Virus record (IMG/VR): IMGVR_UViG_3300046499_000680
Span: 1 to 64,000 of that record
DNA: 64,000 bases
Direction: 5' to 3' (one strand)
DNA from: a virus
Shown here one piece after another: positions 56,475 through 64,000 of the stretch (positions within the stretch are counted from its first letter, which is position 1; each line of letters opens with the position of its first letter). The translations under genes and the position numbers were made by a program. Under the pieces are notes generated by a model that ran no database searches, was not told the DNA's origin, and worked only from the letters and a program-made list of their open reading frames with translations.

Positions 56475-57547
56475 TCTCCGCAAGCAAAGCTGAGGCCCAA
56501 GCGGCCAAGGATGGCGCCAAGGCTGGCGCCCAGCAGCGGGACCGGGAACTAGACGAGGCCGCCGCCCAGCATGAGGCGGTACGGCTCGCCGAAGTCTCCG
56601 GGCACGCCGCTACGTGGACCCGCTCCTACAGGGCGGGCACCACTGAGGATGGCAAATCTGACCGGCGCACCGTCACTATGCGGGAGACCGCAAGGCGGGA
56701 AGCCGACGCCGCCACCCTGCTAGCCCTCACGGGCGAAGCGGTCCGCCTAGCAGCGGGTCGCCTACGGGGTAGGCACGGCATACCTGAGCTATCGGGTGAC
56801 GAGCGCGCGGACCTGCGGTCCGCCCTAGTCACCAAGCTGCTCAGTGAGTGCGAGCCGGGCAAGTTGCCCGACCGCAACAAGCTGACCCGCGCCTACCTGG
56901 TGAAGCGCGCTGAGGGTCTGGTCCTCAACGACCCCGACCGCAAGCGCGCCGATGCCAGTGACGACGGCATGTCCCCCGAAGACATCGCCGCCGCCGCTGA
57001 GAGCAAGGCCCGCGATCGGCACGACCGCCACGATCCGATGCTGAACCGTGGCGTTGACGGCACCTGGCCCGAAGTAGAGGCCGGCTGTGCCGCCCTCGCC
57101 GACGCGGGCGAAGCGATCAGCCAGAAGGCAGCCCGGACGGCCGCCTACCTGGTCGCGGGCGGGTCGGTCAGGAACGACTGGTCCGACGCATGGGGGACCA
57201 GCGAGGGCTACGCCGCTACGCGGCTAGTGCCAGAGGGCGCGGCCCAACTGCGCGACGCACTGAGCGCGCTAACCGATTCCCCTCTCTACCTAGCCATAGA
57301 AGCAGCCCGCCTCCAGGACACGGACACGCTGGATCACCTGGAGGCTGCTCGCCGATGGCTCGCAGCGGGACTGAGCGAGTCGCCGGACCGAGCGCGCGCC
57401 CTGGTCGAACGCAGATGGCGGACCGAGCTTCCGCCCGACGAGCATGCGCCAGTGCAAAGCCGGACCGACAAACGGATCATCGTCACCTCGGATCGGTCGC
57501 GCGCTGTCGCCGCCGAGCGAGGCGGTTGGACCAGCCGTCCCAGCTAG
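56471..57547 (+). CDS. divergent ECF sigma-like protein
   Basis: ADLRSALVTKLL..RAYLVKRAEGLVLND (region 2-like); ISQKAART..WGTSEGYAATRL..GAAQLRDAL (region 4-like). Confidence 0.4.
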   Translation: MISASKAEAQAAKDGAKAGAQQRDRELDEAAAQHEAVRLAEVSGHAATWTRSYRAGTTEDGKSDRRTVTMRETARREADAATLLALTGEAVRLAAGRLRGRHGIPELSGDERADLRSALVTKLLSECEPGKLPDRNKLTRAYLVKRAEGLVLNDPDRKRADASDDGMSPEDIAAAAESKARDRHDRHDPMLNRGVDGTWPEVEAGCAALADAGEAISQKAARTAAYLVAGGSVRNDWSDAWGTSEGYAATRLVPEGAAQLRDALSALTDSPLYLAIEAARLQDTDTLDHLEAARRWLAAGLSESPDRARALVERRWRTELPPDEHAPVQSRTDKRIIVTSDRSRAVAAERGGWTSRPS

Positions 57548-57950
57548 TAGGTGGCAAGCGGGATCGTCCAAGATCGGACGGTCCCGGCCACCCCCCCCTT
57601 TCTCACGCCTGGCCGCCCGGCGCTCGAAACGAGTACAACAGACACCCACGCTCAGTACCCCCAAAAAATTCGGCTCTGGAAGTGGGATTGCGGGGAATCC
57701 CCGGAAATCGACCCTCCACCTCCCCAGCCTGACCCCCTCCAGACCCCCTGGTAACCCTCCGATATGCCCCGGAAAGGGTCCCATCCCGAGGGGGAGAGGG
57801 CCTAGACCCCCCTGGAACCCCTCAGAAGGGACGAGAAGACGGCTACGCCGGAAGTAGCGAGCAATTTCCGACGAAAATGTCGCCGTAAGCGTCGCAAGGT
57901 CTGGTAGGGTCCCGCCTCGGCCCAGATCAGCGACGACCAGGAGGCTCCAG

Positions 57951-58289
57951 ATGGCGAAAGCAGGACCAGCCCGCGCAGCGGGCAGACTCGCTCCCCCGGC
58001 GACCGGCCGGGTGGTCCCGAGGCAGCGGACGGTCAGGATCGAGACCAGGAGCGGCACCGTCCGCACCAAGAAGGGCGCCGACACGCCGTCGGTCGAGCTG
58101 GAGCTGGGCGGGAGCGAGCGGCTGCTGGACTTCGTGATCGGCGCCGAGGGCGGGCCGGGGCTGCTGGCCTCGATCGAGGCGCGGGTCGCGTTCGAGAAGC
58201 GGAAGACGATCGACTGGAGCTGGGAGGCGACGGTCGAGGTCGAACTGCCGGGCCTGAAACCCGCCCGCCGCCGCAAGGCGGCCTCCTGA
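57951..58289 (+). CDS. hypothetical protein
   Basis: AGGAGG RBS. Confidence 0.6.
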   Translation: MAKAGPARAAGRLAPPATGRVVPRQRTVRIETRSGTVRTKKGADTPSVELELGGSERLLDFVIGAEGGPGLLASIEARVAFEKRKTIDWSWEATVEVELPGLKPARRRKAAS

Positions 58290-58762
58290 TGCCGGAGGCG
58301 CGCTCGATCCTGTTCATCCCCGACGCCGACACTGACGACGCCGCCAGCATCGAGCTAGCCAAGGTGGACATCGCGGTCGCCGGGAATCGCGGCGTCATCA
58401 AGGACCGCCACGGCGACGCCGACCAGGTGCTGCTGGCGCTGCGGGCCGGGCTGGCGGCCCGCGACCTCTCCTCGGAGCCGGAGGCGCCGACCCTGCTCGG
58501 CGTCCCCCTGACCGAGATCGCGGCGCTGACGATCGACGGCGCCCACTGGTTCGAGGTCTTCGGCCCGACCCTCCAGCTCTCGGCCCCCTCCGGCGGCCCG
58601 GTGCTGCGGTTCCGCATCGCCCAGACGCCCGGCGGGAAGAAGGGCAGGTTCGGGGTCTCCCAGGGCGACACGATCGCGGTGCGCGAGATCGCCGTTCGCG
58701 GCGTCCAGCGCAAAGGCGGCGAGCCGCTGACGCCCGATCCTCGCGATCCGGGGCAGCGCTGA
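58289..58762 (+). CDS. hypothetical protein
   Basis: TGATG coupling. Confidence 0.6.
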   Translation: MPEARSILFIPDADTDDAASIELAKVDIAVAGNRGVIKDRHGDADQVLLALRAGLAARDLSSEPEAPTLLGVPLTEIAALTIDGAHWFEVFGPTLQLSAPSGGPVLRFRIAQTPGGKKGRFGVSQGDTIAVREIAVRGVQRKGGEPLTPDPRDPGQR

Positions 58763-59142
58763 TGGCGACCACCTGGGATCAGCTCCTGGGCGAGTCGGCG
58801 CTGCTGGTCCGACTGGGCCAGCTCGTCTTCATCTGGTCGAAGGACACCTCGATCGTCAAGGTGGTCCGCGCCGCGCCCAGCGAGGGCGAGGCCGAGCTGT
58901 CGGAGGCGATCGCCACCCTCGACGTGGCCCTGGAAGTCGAGGTCCCGCCGGGCCTCGTCTATGACGGCGACCCGTTCGCCGCCTTCTGCCGGAAGTTCGT
59001 CGGCGCCGAGGGCGGCTCGATCACCGCCGAGGAGGCGGTCAACCTGTTCGCCTGCTTCTCCGGCGGCCAGGTGGACGGCGACCTGCTGAACTCGGTCACG
59101 CCGAAGCTCGAAGCCATCGCCGAGCGGGAACTGGTGGCCTGA
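58762..59142 (+). CDS. hypothetical protein
   Basis: TGATG coupling. Confidence 0.6.
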   Translation: MATTWDQLLGESALLVRLGQLVFIWSKDTSIVKVVRAAPSEGEAELSEAIATLDVALEVEVPPGLVYDGDPFAAFCRKFVGAEGGSITAEEAVNLFACFSGGQVDGDLLNSVTPKLEAIAERELVA

Positions 59143-59621
59143 TGTCGATGATCCGCAGGATCAACCTGCTCGACGGGCCAGAGGGACTGGAGCTGCACAA
59201 ACACGACAACGGGATCATCGTCTACGGGTCCCGGCACGCCAAAGAGCCGGTGCGGGTCGGCATCTTCTCGGCGACCGACGAGCAGTGGGACGGCCTGGTC
59301 GATCACTTCGTCCACGGCGAGCGGCCGATCCCCCAGCAGCCCCCGGCGCCGGTCACCGAGACCTGGCTGGAGCTGCTGGCGCCGGTCGCGGAGATCGCGA
59401 TGTACCAGGCCGCCACCTGGTGGGGCATCCGCCGCGCCGTTCGCAAGGCGGGCGGGCCGCCGTGGGCCGTCAAGCTCGCGGGTCGCCTCGGCCTGCTGAT
59501 CGCGTCCCCGCAGAGCTTCAAGGCCGCCGAGGTCGAGCCGAAGGAGCTGGGCGCCAAGATCGGCCAGAAGCTCACCGACTCGATCATCAGCGACGACGGC
59601 GAGTTCGAGGTGCCGCGATGA
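59142..59621 (+). CDS. hypothetical protein
   Basis: TGATG coupling. Confidence 0.6.
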   Translation: MSMIRRINLLDGPEGLELHKHDNGIIVYGSRHAKEPVRVGIFSATDEQWDGLVDHFVHGERPIPQQPPAPVTETWLELLAPVAEIAMYQAATWWGIRRAVRKAGGPPWAVKLAGRLGLLIASPQSFKAAEVEPKELGAKIGQKLTDSIISDDGEFEVPR

Positions 59622-60145
59622 TCGAGGCCCCGACCCCCAACGAAACCGTCCTGGTCGGCGAGGCCGACGGCCACACCCTGCCGCCTGTCCTCGAAGGCCG
59701 GGAGCTGCCGATCACGGCCACCGTCGTCGGCCCGGCCGGTTCCGGCGACGAGCTGTTCGTCGTCACCCTCGCCGAGAAGCACCAGCAGCGCATCCAGGTC
59801 CACCGCGCCCAGCTCTACCCGCCGACGATGAAGTTTCGGTCGGGCAAAATCAGCCTGGAACTGGTCAAGCAGGCGGCCGTGGTCATCCTCGAACACGACG
59901 GCTCGAACGGCAACGGCCTGGCGATCGACGTGCCGCTCGGCTGGATGCCCGACCTGGAGCAGTTCACCCTCTGGTGCTGCCGCTTCCTGGGGATGGTGAT
60001 GGAGGACAAGCCGGTCTTCACCGTCGTCAGTGACCCGACGGCGCGCGGCGACGAGGAGGACTCGTTCTCGGTCGCGCTGACGGGTCCCATCGGCGACATC
60101 GAGCGCGGCACCGTGCTGGCGGCGGTCCCGGAGGCGTCCCCCTGA
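59618..60145 (+). CDS. hypothetical protein
   Basis: ATGA overlap, GAGGT RBS. Confidence 0.6.
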   Translation: MIEAPTPNETVLVGEADGHTLPPVLEGRELPITATVVGPAGSGDELFVVTLAEKHQQRIQVHRAQLYPPTMKFRSGKISLELVKQAAVVILEHDGSNGNGLAIDVPLGWMPDLEQFTLWCCRFLGMVMEDKPVFTVVSDPTARGDEEDSFSVALTGPIGDIERGTVLAAVPEASP

Positions 60146-60552
60146 TGGCCGACGACCGGAAGGTGGCCGGGTTCTGCCCGGCGTGCGGCCACGGGACCCT
60201 GTTCCTCGCCGAGGAGGGCCACGTCACCTGTTCGTTCGCCGACTGCCTGAATCCGACCGGAGCAGACGAGCTTCTGGAGGGGGGCGACAAGTTTCACGCG
60301 GCCCTGAAACAGATCAACGTCATCCGCAACAGCATCATCGGGCGGCAGACGATGAACATGTCCCTCCACGTCTACCCGCTGGTGCAGGCCCTGGGCGAGG
60401 CCGGGTTCGACGGCATGGACTACGACGATGCCAGGGAGAAGTTCGGCGTGAAGAAGGGGTCGAACAGCGGCTACGAGGCCGAGCGGGTCGCGCTGGAGGC
60501 CGAGGGCCTGTTCTGCGGCTCGCTCGGCAGCAAACCGAGGGAGGGAAGCTGA
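60145..60552 (+). CDS. Zn-finger hypothetical protein
   Basis: CPACG..LFL..GHVTCS..DC. Confidence 0.6.
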   Translation: MADDRKVAGFCPACGHGTLFLAEEGHVTCSFADCLNPTGADELLEGGDKFHAALKQINVIRNSIIGRQTMNMSLHVYPLVQALGEAGFDGMDYDDAREKFGVKKGSNSGYEAERVALEAEGLFCGSLGSKPREGS

Positions 60553-60884
60553 TGGCCGACTCGATCAACCTGGTCGGCCGCCGGATGTGCGAGGAGTGCG
60601 ACGCCTTCCTCGGCCACGCCCACAAGGACACCTGCTCGAAACGGGGGAGGGTGGTAGAGAACGCCGACGCCACCGAAAAGTTCACCTCCATCGAGCATGC
60701 CGAACGCGAGGAGCCGCTGATCGGCATCGACCGCCAGGGCGCCGAGCTGCTGGTGAAGTGGCTGGGCGAACTCGACCTGGACGACCCGGCGGAGGTCGAG
60801 AAGGTCCAGGCGATGATCGACGGCCTGACCACCTTCATCGCCGCCGCTCGCGAAGTCGAAGACGCGCCGGAGGACCCGAGCTGA
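60552..60884 (+). CDS. hypothetical protein (CxxC..H..C)
   Basis: TGATG coupling. Confidence 0.6.
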   Translation: MADSINLVGRRMCEECDAFLGHAHKDTCSKRGRVVENADATEKFTSIEHAEREEPLIGIDRQGAELLVKWLGELDLDDPAEVEKVQAMIDGLTTFIAAAREVEDAPEDPS

Positions 60885-61582
60885 TGGCCGAGCGCGAGCG
60901 GCACTTCATCATCAGCGAGGCCGACCTGCGGGAGTTCGCCAGCCAGGGCAGCGCCGCGACGATGACCACGCTGGTCACCCTGTACGGGTTCAGCGTCGAT
61001 TCCGAGGGCGCCGAGGCGATCGGCCAGGGCCAGGGTGACTTTTTCCAGCAGATGGCGGGCTGGATGAACGACCGGGAGATCGGCAAGGGGGTCGAGCTTC
61101 TTCCCGACGCCGACGCACTTCTCCCACCCGCCCTGAGAAAGGTCGCAGTGGACTCTCTATACGCGGCCCGCGAAGACAACAAGGTCATGGACCAGGCCGC
61201 GATCATCGTCGCCATCAACGTGCTGCGCGGCGCCGATCTCGCCGAGGTCATCCGAGAGGTGGCGATCCCCAGCCTGCGGTACTGCGAGGAGAAGTACGGC
61301 CATGACGACCAGGCCCGGCTCAACCTCGAAGCGGCGATCGGCGAACGGGACGGCGAAGTCGCCCTGCCCGGCCCCGAGGAGTCGATCCGCAACCAGATCA
61401 TCGGCTACCTCCGTGGCCGCGCCGCCGCCGACCAGGCCGAGGCGCTGGAGGTCGAGAACGGCAACGACGCCAACCGCCTGCTCGCCAACGTCGCGATCTT
61501 CGAGTCGGCCGCCGATGCGTTGGCCGCGACGGAAAAGCCTAACCCTGATCCGGCAACTGGAGTAGGAGGAACTGACGCATGA
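60884..61582 (+). CDS. hypothetical protein
   Basis: TGATG coupling. Confidence 0.6.
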   Translation: MAERERHFIISEADLREFASQGSAATMTTLVTLYGFSVDSEGAEAIGQGQGDFFQQMAGWMNDREIGKGVELLPDADALLPPALRKVAVDSLYAAREDNKVMDQAAIIVAINVLRGADLAEVIREVAIPSLRYCEEKYGHDDQARLNLEAAIGERDGEVALPGPEESIRNQIIGYLRGRAAADQAEALEVENGNDANRLLANVAIFESAADALAATEKPNPDPATGVGGTDA

Positions 61583-62073
61583 CCCGACGCGAAGCTCTTG
61601 ATCTGATCGCCGACCAGGCGGCTGCCCGCTACGACTCGGTGGACTGGGCCGTCGCCGTCGCCACCGCGATCGACGGAACCGACCAGGACGCCGCCACCCG
61701 CGAGAAGGTGGTCGAGGCCGTCGGCGTGCTGCTCTCGATGCCCGTGGGTGAGCGCCGCTCGATCGGCGACGCCGTGCTGGCGCCCGCGACCGCCGGGGTC
61801 CCCGCCGACACCGGCTCGCTGGTGCTGCTGACGACCGGCCACAGCAAAGTCATCAACCTGGCGCCGGAGGAGTTGGCCGAGAAGATTCAGGACAAGATCG
61901 AGGAGGGCGGGATGCTGCGGATCGCGAGCAGCGAAGACAACACCTGGATCGGCTTCATCAACCCGCTGGAGGTGTCGGGCATCCTCCCCCACCGTGTCAC
62001 GCGGCTTGGGGGCGATTCCGCCGGGGAGCCGATCGTCGTCGCCGACGAGGCCGATGCCGGAGGTGCGTCCTGA
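61579..62073 (+). CDS. hypothetical protein
   Basis: AGGAGG RBS. Confidence 0.6.
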   Translation: MTRREALDLIADQAAARYDSVDWAVAVATAIDGTDQDAATREKVVEAVGVLLSMPVGERRSIGDAVLAPATAGVPADTGSLVLLTTGHSKVINLAPEELAEKIQDKIEEGGMLRIASSEDNTWIGFINPLEVSGILPHRVTRLGGDSAGEPIVVADEADAGGAS

Positions 62074-62429
62074 TGGACCCACAGTCGAAGATGCTGGCGG
62101 CCCTCAACCGCCTGACCAAATGGAGGACGGTCTTCACCGGCTGGCAGCTCGGCTCCCGTGCAAAGGGCGACCCCGAGGGCGATGCCGTTCGTGACCACCG
62201 CGAGGTGACGATGATCGTCCGCGCCGAGGTGACTGCACTCGTCGGTCTGCTGGTCGAGAAAGGTGTCATCACTATCGAGGAGTTCCAGGAGGCGGTCGCG
62301 AAAGAGGCCGACCTGCTCAGCGAGGACTTCGCCCGGCGGTTTCCCGGCATCAAGGCCACCGACGAGGGAATCGAAATGAACGCCGCCGAGCTGGCCCGCC
62401 ACGGCACGATGGAGGGGTGGAAGCCGTAA
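62073..62429 (+). CDS. conserved phage hypothetical protein
   Basis: GGAGGT RBS; LNRLTKWRTVFTGWQLG. Confidence 0.65.
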   Translation: MDPQSKMLAALNRLTKWRTVFTGWQLGSRAKGDPEGDAVRDHREVTMIVRAEVTALVGLLVEKGVITIEEFQEAVAKEADLLSEDFARRFPGIKATDEGIEMNAAELARHGTMEGWKP

Positions 62430-62758
62430 TGCTCGGCAGGACCGTCAGCGGGCCTTACTACGACCTGCGGATCGCGCTGCCCGACACCCTCGCGCGGCTC
62501 GACAACGTGGAGGGCCTGATCTCGATCAACATGGAACCGCCCGCGTCGGGGCCGGAGATCGAGCTGACGATCGGCACGATTGATGGCGTCGAACGCACCG
62601 AGGAGTACGTGCGTCGTCAGGTCGAGATCGTCACCAAGTCCTCGATCCTCGCCTCCCGCCGCCGCGACAGTGACCCCGCCGACGGCTTCGAGCTGGAGGA
62701 CCCAGGCTGGTTCTCTCGCACCAAACTCGGCCGCGCGCTCGGGCTGGGTGAGAATTGA
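62429..62758 (+). CDS. hypothetical protein
   Basis: TAATG coupling. Confidence 0.55.
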   Translation: MLGRTVSGPYYDLRIALPDTLARLDNVEGLISINMEPPASGPEIELTIGTIDGVERTEEYVRRQVEIVTKSSILASRRRDSDPADGFELEDPGWFSRTKLGRALGLGEN

Positions 62759-62982
62759 TGGGCGACCTCCTCAAATACCTCGATCGCATCCCGGACGGCT
62801 ACCGGATCGAGGAGACCGACGAACGGGTGCAGTCGCTGGGCACTCGTTACCTGCGCTCGCGCGCGGAGGCATGGGCGCGGCGCTATGCACCGGAGACCCC
62901 CAGCTATCACCTCCGTGTCGAGAAGGTCGGCTTTCTGCTCTACGAGATCGTCGTCTACCAGAACAAGCTGGTGAAAATCTGA
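62755..62982 (+). CDS. hypothetical protein
   Basis: Coupled ORF. Confidence 0.55.
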   Translation: MMGDLLKYLDRIPDGYRIEETDERVQSLGTRYLRSRAEAWARRYAPETPSYHLRVEKVGFLLYEIVVYQNKLVKI

Positions 62983-63485
62983 TGGCGATCACCCACGGCC
63001 GACACACCCTTGTCCCCGAGGACGTGAGCTGCCACATCGACCTGGTGTTCGGTCACTTCTGTTCGATCGCGTCGGGCCTGACCGTCGTTTCCGGCCAGCA
63101 CCCCGGCGTCGATTACCGGGCGGCGGTCTCGAACTTCCCCTTCGCCGAGCATGAATGGGGCGAGTACCCGCCGAGCCGGATGGAGGGCCGCGTCGAGGTG
63201 TGTAATGACGTGTGGATCGGGCAGAACGTGACCATCCTCGACGGCCTGACCATCCAGAGCGGCGCGGTGATCGGCGCGGGCGCCGTGGTCACCCGGAGCG
63301 TGCGCCCCTACGCCACGGTCGTCGGCAACCCCGCGCGCGAGACCGGCCGCCGCCGCTTCCAGGACCACCAGGTCCAGCAGCTCCTCCAGGTTGGCTGGTG
63401 GGACTGGACCGACGACGAGATCAAGGCGGCGCTACCGTTGATGGCGCACGTCGGCAACTTCCTGATGAAGCACGGAGCGCGCTGA
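62982..63485 (+). CDS. CatB/Vat-related hexapeptide-repeat O-acetyltransferase
   Basis: FGHFCSIA, VSNFPF, NDVWIG..VTILDG..GAVIGAGAVVTRSV.PYATVVGNPA, WWDW. Confidence 0.88.
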   Translation: MAITHGRHTLVPEDVSCHIDLVFGHFCSIASGLTVVSGQHPGVDYRAAVSNFPFAEHEWGEYPPSRMEGRVEVCNDVWIGQNVTILDGLTIQSGAVIGAGAVVTRSVRPYATVVGNPARETGRRRFQDHQVQQLLQVGWWDWTDDEIKAALPLMAHVGNFLMKHGAR

Positions 63486-64000
63486 TGGCCGTTCCCCAGC
63501 CAGGCATCTGCACCCGCTGCAAACACCCCCAGGCTCTGCACCCGGCCGACCGGAGCCGCCGCTGTATTTCGCCGCTGTGCGAGTGCGAGGGGTTCGAGGG
63601 CGAGGAAATCAAGTCCACCCTCGATATGCAGGTCGGCGGCCACGCGCCCCTGGAGACCGACGACCCGCTCGTCGTCCTCGTCTACGTGCTGCTGCGCGAC
63701 CACATCCAGGCCGGGGTGTTCGAGCGGCTAGTCGCCGAAATGGTCGCGGCGCCGGTCGCCCTCACCAACGCCTTCCTCGGCGGCTATGCGATCAACATCG
63801 CCGAGCGGATGCGGCTGCTGAACCCACCCGCCGCCGCCTTCGTGCTGACGACGACCGAGCGGGAGGCGATCGAGGACTGCATATCGGTCGCGGGCCGGAT
63901 GGCGAGCAGCTACGAGTGCTACGGCGGCGTCGAGCTGCCCGGCGCGATCCAGGGCGCCCAGGATGCGCTGACCCGGATGGACCAGGAGCTGCCGCTGCCC
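63485..64000 (+). CDS. hypothetical protein with N-terminal Zn finger (runs off window)
   Basis: TGATG start; CTRCKH..H..C..CEC; no stop before window end. Confidence 0.55.
   Translation, partial: MAVPQPGICTRCKHPQALHPADRSRRCISPLCECEGFEGEEIKSTLDMQVGGHAPLETDDPLVVLVYVLLRDHIQAGVFERLVAEMVAAPVALTNAFLGGYAINIAERMRLLNPPAAAFVLTTTEREAIEDCISVAGRMASSYECYGGVELPGAIQGAQDALTRMDQELPLP

Noticed and set aside
62982-63485. Antibiotic resistance gene (cat/vat)
   Set aside because: Family also covers sugar O-acetyltransferases; glycan context makes that more likely; substrate cannot be read from sequence
1-64000. Genome-wide TAG reassignment (genetic code 15)
   Set aside because: Almost all TAGs fall at gene boundaries with SD-like sites and starts; long genes are uninterrupted; only 45396 is internal

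Overview
High-GC tailed dsDNA phage (siphovirus-type organisation) or prophage segment, probably of an actinobacterial host; no host housekeeping genes, rRNA, CRISPR array or transposase are visible. Layout: (1) 1-22151 (+) virion genes: protease/scaffold, decoration protein, major capsid, head-tail joining genes, major tail, tail chaperone with frameshift extension, 1581-aa tape measure, minor tails/fibres; (2) 22817-40016 (+) recombination/replication (annealing protein, RusA-like, Cas4/RecB-like nuclease, initiator, DnaB), BCS1-like AAA, DUF5131, ASCH, a cluster of 5 glycosyltransferases + 2 methyltransferases, and a sigma factor preceded by a LexA-box-like palindrome; (3) 40013-55862 (-) early/accessory arm with two Cys-His-Asp transglutaminase-like genes, tyrosine recombinase, RuvB-like ATPase, MoxR/RavA + VWA module and three structured non-coding blocks; (4) 55863-64000 divergent repeat-rich control region, a second degenerate sigma-like gene, small ORFs and an O-acetyltransferase. 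Terminase, portal and lysin were not identified (probably outside the window). Best leads: a ~520-nt candidate ncRNA with four serially crossing long-range helices, a permuted tRNA-like (Y RNA-like) element sharing motifs with it, a prfB-like +1 frameshift cassette in the tail chaperone, and a possible virion glycosylation system with a candidate [A/G]-S-[A/G] sequon. All family assignments are by eye from motifs and synteny, not database searches.
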